This document shows, one piece after another, positions 48,812 to 59,287 of a stretch of 64,000 nt of DNA. The stretch is from an uncultured Chthonomonadaceae bacterium (GTDB lineage: Bacteria > Armatimonadota > Chthonomonadetes > Chthonomonadales > Chthonomonadaceae). Each line of letters starts with the position of its first letter. Position 1 is the first letter of the stretch. Both the position numbers and the translations under genes were made by a program. The stretch covers positions 544,001 to 608,000 of the forward strand of contig CAWFQB010000001.1 of NCBI GenBank assembly GCA_963817895.1, read 5' to 3'. Under the pieces are notes generated by a model. The model did no database searches. It had not been told where the DNA came from and saw nothing but the letters and a program-made list of their open reading frames with translations.

Positions 48812-49432
48812 ATGCCTGAAGAACCCGCTGTCAAGCGTACTATCGCGTTCATTGATGGTCAAAATCTCTATCACAACGTCCGTAATGCCTTCGGCTACAA
48901 CCATCCCAACTATGACGTTCTCAAGCTTGCTCAGGCCGTTTGCGCGTCTCGCGGATGGCAACTTGACCGCGTACAGTTCTATACAGGTGTTCCCTCTGCA
49001 AGCGATAATCCACTGTGGCATACTTTCTGGACGCGGAAACTGGCGGCGCTTGGCCGCCTTCCCAATGTTGTCGTTTATAGCCGTCCGCTCGTTTATCGCA
49101 ACAAAACCATTGAGGTTCCCGGTTTTGGAAACCACACATTTTCAAGCGGCGAGGAGAAGGGAATAGATGTTCGTCTCGCTCTTGATGTTCTAAATGCTGC
49201 GCACCAGTCCGAATTCGATGTCGCTCTCATCTTCAGTCAGGATCAAGACTTGAGCGAATTATCAACCCTCATCCGCATCGTAGCCAATCTCCAAAATCGC
49301 TGGATCAAACTTGCCTGCGCTTTTCCAAGCAGTCCTTCCGCAACAAACCAGCGCGGCATCAACAACATGGATTGGTGCAAGTTTGATAAAGCGACCTACG
49401 ACTCTTGCATTGACCCACGCGATTACCGATAG
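48812..49432 (+). CDS. NYN domain (PIN-like) ribonuclease
   Basis: AFIDGQNLYH, FYTG, EKGIDVRLALD, IFSQDQDLSE. Confidence 0.92.
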   Translation: MPEEPAVKRTIAFIDGQNLYHNVRNAFGYNHPNYDVLKLAQAVCASRGWQLDRVQFYTGVPSASDNPLWHTFWTRKLAALGRLPNVVVYSRPLVYRNKTIEVPGFGNHTFSSGEEKGIDVRLALDVLNAAHQSEFDVALIFSQDQDLSELSTLIRIVANLQNRWIKLACAFPSSPSATNQRGINNMDWCKFDKATYDSCIDPRDYR

Positions 49433-49449
49433 CTCTCTTCCGCGCCGCT

Positions 49450-50232
<783 letters not shown>

Positions 50233-50290
50233 TGTATCATTCTCCTTTATCACAGTAGCCTCTTCTCTCAGCGGGAGAAGAGGCTGACGG

Positions 50291-52334
50291 CTACTTCATC
50301 TCATACGCGACGGACACCATTTGCGGGTCGGCGTCCGCGTTGATTTTGTAGGTGAAGGGCAGTCTGGTAACGGTTGTTTTGAACGTTTTGGCCTGCCCGT
50401 TTTCTTTCCAGTTGTGGACGACGGTGAACGGTTTGAACCCGCCGGAATTGACGGGCGCGAGTGGGTCTTTGTAATCGGCGTCTACCCGGAACGTGAATAC
50501 GCCGACCGTGTTGTTGCCGGTCATTTCATAGCGCAGCAGAGCCTTGCGGGTGTTGGCGGGAACGTTGGCGAAGCGGAAATATTTCGTGGTGGCGGGCGTC
50601 GGCCCGTTGATTTGCCCCGCGTCCGTCCATGTTTGCCCGCCGTCGAAACTGAGTTTCAGTTTCACCACATCTTTGTCGCCTCTAGCCCGGATGTGCGCCC
50701 CGAAGCGCAGCGTGGTCATGTCGCCGGGAGTTTCGATGGGTACGGTCATGCTGCCAATTCCGCCCTGCCACCAGCAACCGCCGCCCTCCGTCATGCGCAG
50801 GTTGTCGAACTGTACGCCCATTGTGCCGGACGTTTCGTTTTTGGTGAAGTTCGTATCGGGCGTGATGCGGCAGTTGATGGTTCGCGTGGCGATGTTGGTG
50901 TCGGTATCCGCTGCTATGGTGATGGTGTTTGCGCCCTTGCCGAGCCGGGGCAGGGTGCGGGGCGCGTGCTGAATGTCGTTTTCAATCGCCAGCGTATTCA
51001 GACCAGCGCTGTTCGGGGCCATTCCGACAATCTCTATTTTCAGTTGGTAAGCGTAACGGCGCGTAATGCGGTCGCCCAGATCAATCGTGGTTTCGGTTGC
51101 GCCGGTTTTGTCGCTGCTCCACAGGGGCGCGAACGTCCGCCCGTTGTTGGTGGACAGGGAAACGGTCACTTTGTCCTGCGCGGTTCGAGTCTGCGCGTTG
51201 ATTTTGACGCGCCCGCCGAGATACACATACGGCGAGTTCATTTCAAGGATGGCGACGCCGGGTTTGCCACTTATTTTGGCGCACAATGCGGGGATGTTGG
51301 GCGCAGCGGAAAGGCCGGACGCGAGATTGTCATAAATCAACGCGCCCTGCGCCAGTTCGCCCTGCGCGAGATTGGGCGCGTAGCGGTGGTAGCCGTTGCC
51401 AACCACGCCGCCCTCATATCCCGGCACATAGTCCGGCACATAGGCCAGATCGCCCTGCGGAACCTGCGCTTTCAGCATCACGAAATTGGGGGCTACATCT
51501 TTGTTGACGTGTAGGCCGTGATTGCCCGCTTCCCGAACCAGCGACTCGCCGGGACGCAGGGAGAACAGGGCGCGGTGTCCAAGCTGATAGCCGTACTCGT
51601 ACACTTCGCTGTTGCGGTTGTATTCCAGCATGGTCGCGTCCCAGCCGTGCGTTCGGGCGGGGTAGTAGCCCATGCGAATGGTGGCGTTGTTGGCAAGCAG
51701 GGCGGGACCTTTGTCCTTCCAGCCCATCCAGCCGTCGCTTTTCATCAACTGGAAAATTTTGTCATTGTTGCCTTCAAAGCCGGGATGCGTTTTGTACCAG
51801 TCTTTGACGGCTTTGGAAATATCGTCCACGCCCGCGAGTTCGCCGGTTTCCGGTTTCGGGAAACAGGGTGATGAGCGAACAGTCGTACATGTGCCACGCG
51901 CCGTTATATTTCACTTCCGCCACGCTATGCCCGTTGAGGATGCGCCCCTGCGCTTCGCGTCCGTCCAGCCGGTTGAGCGATTCGATGAGCGACGAGCAGC
52001 AGCAGCACATGCAGTAGCCGTACACATCGAAGATTTTTACGGGGTCGTGCGCTTCCCATTCACCGGAAATGTATTCGTTGGGTGGTAGGGTCTGATGCCG
52101 GTATTTCACGGATGCCGTCCACAGCGCTTTGGCCCGCTGTTCGTCCGTCATGCCGGGTTTGACAAACGATTTCAGGATATTTTCGGGCGTGGTGGTATCG
52201 TCAATCTTGTCGGAAAGGACTTTGAGGTTGTTGATTCGCCCGCCCCGATTTGCTGCCGTCTGCGCCTGTCCCGGCATCGGCGCAAGAAGCGCGAAGGCGG
52301 CGGCTGCAATCAGAGAATGGTTGATGCTGCGCAT
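50291..52334 (-). CDS. Secreted transglutaminase-like (Cys-His-Asp) domain protein (frameshift near 51860)
   Basis: Signal peptide; DPVKIFDVYGYCMCCCCS...GHSVAEVKYNGAWHMYD; joins via FPKPETGELAGVDDISK to a beta-rich C-terminal region. Confidence 0.75.
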
Positions 52335-52457
52335 GTGTTTTGGCCCTCCTTATTGTCCCCAAAATACGCCATATTCATGCCAACCCTATTCCACAGCGTC
52401 AAGAGCAAGTCCTGCCGTAAATATTCAGCATATTTTCTCCGGTAAGCTCCAATTCCC

Positions 52458-52492
52458 TTGACCTATTGCTAACATACTAGTATACTAGCAAC
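52458..52492 (+). promoter_or_regulatory. Leaderless sigma70 promoter overlapped by a palindromic RHH-type operator
   Basis: TTGACC-17-TATACT, 6 nt before ATG 52493; palindrome TTGCTA...TACTAGTA...TAGCAA. Confidence 0.65.
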
Positions 52493-53035
52493 ATGACGAC
52501 ACCAAAGAAGCAATTCAACATTTACCTTGAGCCACAGCTCATCGCCGCCGCGAAATACCGCGCCCTTGACGAACAGCTTTCCCTGTCGGACCTGGTTGCT
52601 AAAATCCTTGCAGCTTACCTGCAACAACCCATTATGGAGGAACACGCGATGAACAACGCCGCTCCCACTCTGAAACTTCAGCCGATGGTTCATGTGGAAG
52701 ATATGGCCGCTTCAATCCGCTTCTACGAAGCGCTTGGCGGCACTCTACTCACCCGGAGCCGAGACAGCGATTGGGCGCAAATCGCGCTTGGCGGGGCGGA
52801 GATCGGGCTTCTGGCGCATCCGCCCAATCCTGAACAACAGGAAGGGCTGGTTGAACTCAGTTTTGAAGCCGGGGAACCGCTGGACGCCCTGCAAACGCAG
52901 TTGGAAGCAGCGGGGGTAAAGATCGTTCGTGGCGCGGCAGACGAAGCGTTTGGAGCGCAGTTGCAGGTCGCAACGCCGGACGGACTGCTGATAAAAATCA
53001 ATTACCTTGACCTGGCTACCTTTGCCAAATCGTAG
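52493..53035 (+). CDS. Ribbon-helix-helix (CopG-like) regulator read in frame with a VOC/glyoxalase domain (possibly two genes; VOC ATG at 52649)
   Basis: KKQFNIYLEPQLI...SLSDLVAKIL; VHVEDMAASIRFYEALG...DEAFGAQLQVATPDG; internal RBS GGAGG. Confidence 0.8.
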   Translation: MTTPKKQFNIYLEPQLIAAAKYRALDEQLSLSDLVAKILAAYLQQPIMEEHAMNNAAPTLKLQPMVHVEDMAASIRFYEALGGTLLTRSRDSDWAQIALGGAEIGLLAHPPNPEQQEGLVELSFEAGEPLDALQTQLEAAGVKIVRGAADEAFGAQLQVATPDGLLIKINYLDLATFAKS

Positions 53036-53077
53036 CCAACAGCAAACAACCCTGAAGAACTTTATATGGAGGCCCCG

Positions 53078-53446
53078 ATGACGACTGACCAGGAACTGTT
53101 GACTGCCGCTTACCGCGCGTTCAACACCCGCGACCTTGAAGCCGCGTTAGCAACCATGCGCCCCGAAGTGGAATGGCCCAACACGATGGAGGGCGGCTAC
53201 GTTCATGGGCATGACGGGGTACGCGCCTACTGGACCAGGCAGTGGAACCTGGTTGCCCCCCATGTCGAACCTCTCCGGTTTGCAACGGACGCGAACGGGC
53301 GCATCGTAATTGATGTACATCAAGTGGTGCATGATCTGGAAGGCCATCTGCTCGAAGACCTGATGGTTCAGCACATCTATCAAATGGAAGAGGGTTTGAT
53401 CCGCCGCATGGAAATGGGGGAAGACAGACGCATGGCAGTCGGTTGA
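53078..53446 (+). CDS. SnoaL/NTF2-like protein
   Basis: AYRAFNTRDLEAAL...VEWPNTMEGGYVHGHDGVRAYWTRQW. Confidence 0.88.
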   Translation: MTTDQELLTAAYRAFNTRDLEAALATMRPEVEWPNTMEGGYVHGHDGVRAYWTRQWNLVAPHVEPLRFATDANGRIVIDVHQVVHDLEGHLLEDLMVQHIYQMEEGLIRRMEMGEDRRMAVG

Positions 53447-53657
53447 GATTGAGTAGAGTCTGAAAGAGTGATGTTTAGAACTATTGGCCCATGGTTTTTG
53501 CATTATACTGCGCTACAATGCTGCGGTATCTGGCAATGGGCGTTGGGCCGGGGGGTTGTGGCTTTCCTGACGCTCCGCTTCTGGCGTTGAATTGGAGCCG
53601 TCTCGGCTCGGGCCTCTAAGCCGGACTCTATCCCGATCCGAGTCGCGCAAATGGCAA

Positions 53658-54074
53658 TTACGAGTTCGGTGGCGAACCGGCAAGGTTAGAAAGGTTGTCC
53701 GGGGCATTAAGCTCCGTGTGCAATCGGCGCGCGTTTGCAAGCAGATACAGGCCGATCAGGATACTGATGATTGGTATGATTTGAAGCGAACCGGTTCCGG
53801 CCAGCGCGTGAAACACGGACTCCGCGAGCGCAAGTCCGTTGATACCAACGAGCGTCCAGAGAACCCCCTTCACGAAGCCTATGTCCGAACGCAGTTTGGT
53901 GGGAAGCGTCGCGCCGAGATAAAACACAACCACACCGAGCGCCAGCCCCAAAAATCCAACCGCCCGATCCAGAAGGGGCAATCGCGTCTCGCTCATCACA
54001 AGAAGATTGGAGAGTATGCCGATGACACTCACCAGGTAGAGATAAATGCGAAATGAACGAACGGTTTCTTTCAT
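53658..54074 (-). CDS. Hypothetical 4-TM membrane protein
   Basis: Four hydrophobic segments; RBS AGAGG. Confidence 0.65.
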   Translation of the reverse strand: MKETVRSFRIYLYLVSVIGILSNLLVMSETRLPLLDRAVGFLGLALGVVVFYLGATLPTKLRSDIGFVKGVLWTLVGINGLALAESVFHALAGTGSLQIIPIISILIGLYLLANARRLHTELNAPDNLSNLAGSPPNS

Positions 54075-54251
54075 GTCCTAACCTCTTTCCAAGTATTTCA
54101 AAAAATTACTGTCATCTGCGCTAACGCTTAGTCGGAGTATGAATAAAGAAGAGCCTTAACCTCAAGACGGAGGGCAAGTTTGTGGTGGAAATCATCCGTG
54201 TACATGCCCCTTCTCCCAAAGTTGGGAGAAGGGGCAGGGGGTGAGAGTCAA

Positions 54252-54968
54252 CTACATGCCGCCGCCGAGAAAGAAAAGCATCCGCAGGAACTTGGGGTCT
54301 TCCAGCGCGTCGTCAAATGCCTGCGCCTCTTTGCCCTTGTACTTTCCGGCCATCCAGCCCTTCACAGTGGGCGAGTTGGCTCCGGGGATCAGGTCCGTTA
54401 AAGAATCGCCGTCCTTTTTGCCGCCGGACTTGTTTTCGGCGGCTTTGTCGCCATCCTTTGCTTCCCCGCTTGTCGCGTCTTTGTCGCCCGACTTCAGCAG
54501 GCCCGCGAGATCGCCATCATCTTCGCCATCATTGAGAAACAGGCTCAGGAGGCTTCCCACATCCGCCCAACTGTCCTCCTCGGCCTTCGGTTTGTCCTTT
54601 GTGTTATCTTTTGGGCTGTCTTTTGTTGTCGGTTTGGCCGCGCTGTTTGTTGCCGTCTCGGTAGCCAGATCAGGCGTATCACCGGCAACCGAAGTTTCAG
54701 GCGCGTTCTTGACGGACGCAGGTTTGTCCGGCGCGTCCGGCGACTTTTCCGCGCCGACAGCGGCTGCTTTAACGCCGTTCCGCGCGTTCGGCTCTGCCCC
54801 TGCGATCTCTCTTTGCGCGACGGCCTGCACTTTTTGCGCGCCGCTCAATGTACTGTCCACCACGTCACTCGCCACATTCAGGGCGCTATTAATCAGCCAG
54901 ATGCCGCCGACGATCACGACGCCCAGGAGGGCCGCCAGCGCCAGCAACACTTTGCGAAAACGTTTCAT
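54252..54968 (-). CDS. Hypothetical membrane-anchored low-complexity protein
   Basis: Basic N-terminus plus TM helix, then Ala/Lys/Asp-rich region. Confidence 0.6.
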   Translation of the reverse strand: MKRFRKVLLALAALLGVVIVGGIWLINSALNVASDVVDSTLSGAQKVQAVAQREIAGAEPNARNGVKAAAVGAEKSPDAPDKPASVKNAPETSVAGDTPDLATETATNSAAKPTTKDSPKDNTKDKPKAEEDSWADVGSLLSLFLNDGEDDGDLAGLLKSGDKDATSGEAKDGDKAAENKSGGKKDGDSLTDLIPGANSPTVKGWMAGKYKGKEAQAFDDALEDPKFLRMLFFLGGGM

Positions 54969-55106
54969 GTAGTTTTGTCTCCACGCTTCTGCGCACAATT
55001 GCTTTGTATCAACCATCAGACGGATTCCACGCCGTCAGGTTCCAAAAGTGTAGAGCGTCGCTTTGCGCATGGAAACAATTCGCGTGTATTCGCGGCTAAC
55101 TCTGAC

Positions 55107-56303
55107 TCAAAGATGTTTTTGCAGGAACTCCCAGGCGGGCGCGTCGAAGAATTCGTGGCCGCCCTCGAACACCTGAAACTGAAACTCCTCGCTGCGTCCA
55201 AGACGCTTGTAATAGTTGGCGGCAAGGGGAGCCTGCCGGACGCCGGGGTCGCGGTGGTCGGTGTCGTCATGCGTTCCGGCCTGTATTTGCAGGGCGCGGG
55301 GACAAATCAACGCGACGATTTCCGGGTCGCGCAACAGGGTGAAGCGATCCTTGAACTTGAAGTCGGAGGGTACACTCAGTTCGTCGCGCTCGTAACGGCC
55401 CTCCTGAACGCCGAAGTAGCAGCTCGATACCGCCACTTTGATGCGCGGTTCCAGCGCGGGCGTGACCAGCGCGTAATAGCCGCCATACGACAATCCCACC
55501 ATCGCGATCCGTTTCGCGTCCACTTCGGGGCGCTTGCACAGCACATCCAGACTGCGCGTGATTTTGGCGATTTCAACCGCTGTCAGACTGGTTCCGACTA
55601 GCCGCAGGCGCTCATCCATCTGATTGCGGACATTGTCGGGATAGCCCTGCGCGTTAAACAGATGCGTGGGCGCGAAGACCACATAGCCATGCTTTACCCC
55701 GCCCCGCACCATGTCGTGATAGTTCGCGCCGCCGTGAAACAGGGCCACTTCGGGCGACCCGCCCCCGCCGTGCATGGCAATTACAAGCGGCGCGCGGCCT
55801 TTTAAGCCTTTTGGCACGATGTAAACGCCGACGGAATGGACGCCGGACAGAATGGGAATGGACACGCGATAATATGTGCCGAGCGCGTCCTGCCCGATCT
55901 GTTTGAATTCCGGGGTTTCGTTTGCGGGCGGCTGTCCGGGCGGCGGGTAGCCGATGCTGTCGGCAAACGCCTGCCGCAGTTTGCGGGTGGACGCTTCATA
56001 AGCGCGGGGCGAACTGTAGTCCGGCGTGAACAGATGGTTCAGGCGCACGGTATCGCCTTTTGATTTCAGAATGTAAGCGTCCAGTTCCCGCGCCTGTTCG
56101 CTGCGAATGGGATTGGAAGCGGATACTTCTTCCTCATACAAGGGCGGGCTTCCATTCGGCTTTGCATCCTGCGCGGACAGCAGGGAGAAGGATGAAGGAT
56201 GAAGGATGAAGGATGAAGTATCCTGCGCGGACAGAGCGCGGCAGGCAAGCAGAGAGAATACAGGAACGCACAGCGCGAAAACGCGGCGAAGATGTGGCAG
56301 CAT
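55107..56303 (-). CDS. Secreted alpha/beta hydrolase (dienelactone hydrolase/acetyl xylan esterase-like)
   Basis: AMHGGGG, RIAMVGLSYGG nucleophile elbow, LICPRALQIQAG, FEGGHEF. Confidence 0.88.
   Translation of the reverse strand: MLPHLRRVFALCVPVFSLLACRALSAQDTSSFILHPSSFSLLSAQDAKPNGSPPLYEEEVSASNPIRSEQARELDAYILKSKGDTVRLNHLFTPDYSSPRAYEASTRKLRQAFADSIGYPPPGQPPANETPEFKQIGQDALGTYYRVSIPILSGVHSVGVYIVPKGLKGRAPLVIAMHGGGGSPEVALFHGGANYHDMVRGGVKHGYVVFAPTHLFNAQGYPDNVRNQMDERLRLVGTSLTAVEIAKITRSLDVLCKRPEVDAKRIAMVGLSYGGYYALVTPALEPRIKVAVSSCYFGVQEGRYERDELSVPSDFKFKDRFTLLRDPEIVALICPRALQIQAGTHDDTDHRDPGVRQAPLAANYYKRLGRSEEFQFQVFEGGHEFFDAPAWEFLQKHL
56166..56234. repeat. (GGATGAA)n array inserted in frame, flanked by the 15-bp direct repeat ATCCTGCGCGGACAG
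   Basis: Direct repeats at 56166-56180 and 56220-56234; protein reads LSAQD-TSSFILHPSSFSL-LSAQD. Confidence 0.88.
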
Positions 56304-57126
56304 GACTATTTTATTCCTTTCCAGCTATCTTTATGCGGATGAACAGTATCTGTATATTGTTGTTGCGGCTTGCTTTCTCCTGCCGTCCAATCCTTCTTTA
56401 GCAGCCGCGCGGGTGGAAACGATAAGGCGGTGGAAGCGTTTGAAGGCGCAGCTGTAGAAGCCGCGAAAAAAGAATGTAAATTGGGTGAAACCAATGGGGC
56501 TTGTGAAGTGTCTATATAAGTGAAGATGCGCGATGCAGCATTTTCTGGCAAACACAGACACTGCGGGCAAACGAAACCTGCTCAATCTTCCGTATACAAG
56601 CAGTGCGCCATTATCAACCAGCAAGCCAGGGATGTAAGAAAACCGATAGGGGTTGTTTTCATATGCAGATAATCTGGTGGAGAGTTCGGGCCGCGCAATC
56701 GGGCCGCGTTCTGAGGAGCGCGCGCATAACGTAATCCTGTCGGGGTATAACCCCGTCAGCAGGACGTTTATTGTGTCGCGCCCGCCATCGGAACCCCTGT
56801 TCCCGGCGGGTTTTGTTTTGGAAGCGAAATTTTGAATACGCGCGAGCGTTTCGGAGAAAGAACGTTCGAGGCGAGAACCACCGTATGTATGAACGCGGCT
56901 ATGCGGGATGTCACAAAATCAACCGACAGACGTTCATAAAAAGCAGGAAAAACTACGGTCGAGCAGCCGGGTATTTTCCGGAATCGCAAAGGAAATCTTA
57001 GTGAATACTATATGCCATTTTGATCGAGCAGACGAAGCCCGTCGCGCGGGCAAGAACGCGAACGCGCCGAAGAGCGACGCGGTTCGCGTGAGAATTGGAA
57101 AGAGGGCGCAGAAAGGGGACGAGGCC

Positions 57127-57426
57127 ATGACTGCCATGTTGATGGAACGGAAGTGTCAGATCAGTCAGAGAGAACAGCGGAGCCAGAACCGCGAACAGAC
57201 CCGTGAGGAAGCGGTGGAGCGGCTGGTGCATCTGCTGGAAGTGAATACGCTGGAATACGCGCATCTGCACAGCGAAAGCGCGCTGGAACTGGAAAGCGAT
57301 GTCGAATTGAGCAGCATGGCTCGCCTGAGCGCGGCCCACGCCGCTTACGCGCTGGCGGACGGCAGCAAGATGCGCCGCATCAGTCCGGGCGCCTGGCTGC
57401 ACGAGCGCCACGCGCAGCCCGAGTAA
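57127..57426 (+). CDS. Small hypothetical protein
   Basis: RBS GAGG, host-like codon usage, terminator downstream. Confidence 0.55.
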   Translation: MTAMLMERKCQISQREQRSQNREQTREEAVERLVHLLEVNTLEYAHLHSESALELESDVELSSMARLSAAHAAYALADGSKMRRISPGAWLHERHAQPE

Positions 57427-57490
57427 GCATTGCGCAGGGTATTCAGGTGTTCGGGCAAAATTGAGGCCCTGTCATTTTCATCTCTATAAC

Positions 57491-57521
57491 AAAGCCCCGT
57501 CAGGAATGATGGGGCTTTTTC
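57491..57521 (+). terminator. Intrinsic terminator
   Basis: aaagccccgtca ggaa tgatggggcttt ttt. Confidence 0.8.
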
Positions 57522-57637
57522 ACGTTGAAAACAATCCTCCGCGCTTTCCCCTTTTCATAACCTGTACAGAGTAGCAAGGGTATCAATACCACATTCGGGC
57601 ATGAACCTGTACCGGCTGACAAAGGAGAAAATGAACC

Positions 57638-58367
57638 ATGTGCAATGCAAGCATCCCGTTGACAAACGTCGTAGAGAATGAGGTACTGCAATTGATGCAG
57701 GCGAAGAACAGTTTCACCGCGCTGGACGTTTCCAACGCGCTGAAAACCGCGAAGTATCCTGTCCGGCATCGCGAGGTGGCAGAAGTGGTGCGCGACATTT
57801 ACAATTCCGGCGCAATGGCGTATTATGACTATGGCCGGCAGTTGATGGACGTGACAACGGACGGCGGAACCAAAACCGCGCAGGCGTATTTGTACCATCA
57901 TCAGACGGCGCGAATTTCCGATTATGCCGGTTTGAGTCAAAGACGCCCTGCCGCCCGTTCCCGCGAATCAGGCGCGTGACCTGTCCGACTGCGTAGCCGC
58001 CGATCCGCTCGGCCTGCTGAAACGTTCGCCCACAGTAGCCGCCGCCCGCAACCGCAGCAGTCATTCCACTGCGCCGCGCTTCACAACCGGGCGACAGGAT
58101 GGCGCGTTGGCGATTTCAAGCCGCATCATCGCGCAGCTTGGCTGGACGGACGGCGAATTGCTGACCGTTCGCGCCGAACAGGGTAAACTGATTGTGGAGG
58201 CGTCCGCGCCCATCGCCCCCGTCAGTCAAAAAACGCCGGTTGCCCGCGTGTGGAGCGGCAGGCGAGTTCGCATTTGTAAAACCAAACTGCGCCTGTCCGC
58301 GCTTGCCGCCGATGGCGTGACGGTATCGGTAGACGGCAGCAGCCTGTGCATTGCCGCCCGTCCGTAA
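57638..58367 (+). CDS. Hypothetical protein, putative N-terminal winged-helix-like and C-terminal AbrB-like domains (frameshift near 57939)
   Basis: RBS AAGGAG; FTALDVSNALK...HREVAEVVR; removing one A joins it to QDALPPV...DGALAISSRIIAQLGWTDGELLTV. Confidence 0.6.
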
Positions 58368-58468
58368 GGGTTGCGCATCGTTCATTTCAAATACTCCCCT
58401 TCTACCAACTTTGGGAGAAGGGGTTGGGGGTTGAGGGCTACTCCGCCCATAACAAAGGAAACATCCTC

Positions 58469-59002
58469 ATGCAAATGAAACCGTTTGCGCAGAATTTTTG
58501 GGTGAAGCCGGGACTGCTTTGCGCGGGACAGTATCCGGGCGCGGTTTCTGAGGAGGAGCGGGAAGCGAAGATACGCGGGCTGGTGGCATGTGGCATCCGG
58601 CGCGTCGTGAACCTGATGGAAGAAACGGAAACCGGCTGGAACAAAAAGACATTCATTCCCTACGCGGCGCAACTGACGGAAGCGGCAGACGCTCAGGGCA
58701 TACAGGTGGAGTGCCTGCGCTTTCCCATCCGCGACGCCTGGGTTCCCAACCATGCCGACATGAAGCGCATACTGGATACCATTGACGAGTCCGTTCAGGC
58801 CAACACTCCCACCTACGTACACTGCTGGGGCGGGCATGGGCGCACAAGCACGGTCATCGGCTGCTGGCTGGTTCGGCACGGGATGACCGGAAAGGAAGCC
58901 ATCGCGCAAATTGAAGACTGGCGCAAAGACCTGCCCAAACACCATTACCCGCTGGAAGACGAGCAAGAACACTTTATTTTGTGCTGGACAGCAGGAGAAT
59001 AA
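58469..59002 (+). CDS. Dual-specificity/protein-tyrosine phosphatase family protein
   Basis: AGQYPG, FPIRD, P-loop YVHCWGGHGRT (CX5R). Confidence 0.92.
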   Translation: MQMKPFAQNFWVKPGLLCAGQYPGAVSEEEREAKIRGLVACGIRRVVNLMEETETGWNKKTFIPYAAQLTEAADAQGIQVECLRFPIRDAWVPNHADMKRILDTIDESVQANTPTYVHCWGGHGRTSTVIGCWLVRHGMTGKEAIAQIEDWRKDLPKHHYPLEDEQEHFILCWTAGE

Positions 59003-59041
59003 TCCTACGTTGCCTAATATCGGAACAGCCGCTTCGCAAGA

Positions 59042-59114
59042 GGAATGATAGCTCAATCAGAAGAGCGCGTTGACGACATCAACGATGTTACGGGTGCAAT
59101 TCCCGTTCATTCCA
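59042..59114 (+). tRNA. Atypical tRNA-Val(GAC)-like RNA
   Basis: GGAATGA/TCATTCC acceptor; GCTC/GAGC D-stem; CGTTG/CAACG anticodon stem with loop ACGACAT (C33 instead of U33); ACGGG-TGCAATT-CCCGT T-arm; A73; no encoded CCA. Confidence 0.7.
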
Positions 59115-59138
59115 CTCCCGACCCCGAAGCGGCCATAC

Positions 59139-59210
59139 GGGGATCGTAGCTTAAACGGAAGAGCGCGGCAAACAGTTCCGAGGCTGAAGGTTCGATCCCT
59201 TCCGGTCCCC
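59139..59210 (+). ncRNA. tRNA-like RNA with canonical acceptor, D and T arms but a collapsed anticodon arm
   Basis: (G)GGGATCG/CGGTCCC(C) acceptor; TA; GCTT-AAACGGAA-GAGC; only CGG/CCG around CAAACAGTT; GAAGG-TTCGATC-CCTTC. Confidence 0.72.
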
Positions 59211-59287
59211 ACAAATGTAGGGGGTAGGGAGTGGGGAGTAGAAAACACCCTATTCCCTACTCCCCACTCCCTATCCACCTGAAATTT

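Noticed and set aside
57559..57612. Possible c-di-GMP-II or other riboswitch upstream of 57638 (direct repeat AACCTGTAC)
   Set aside because: Could not fit the consensus helices; only a 9-bp direct repeat is supported
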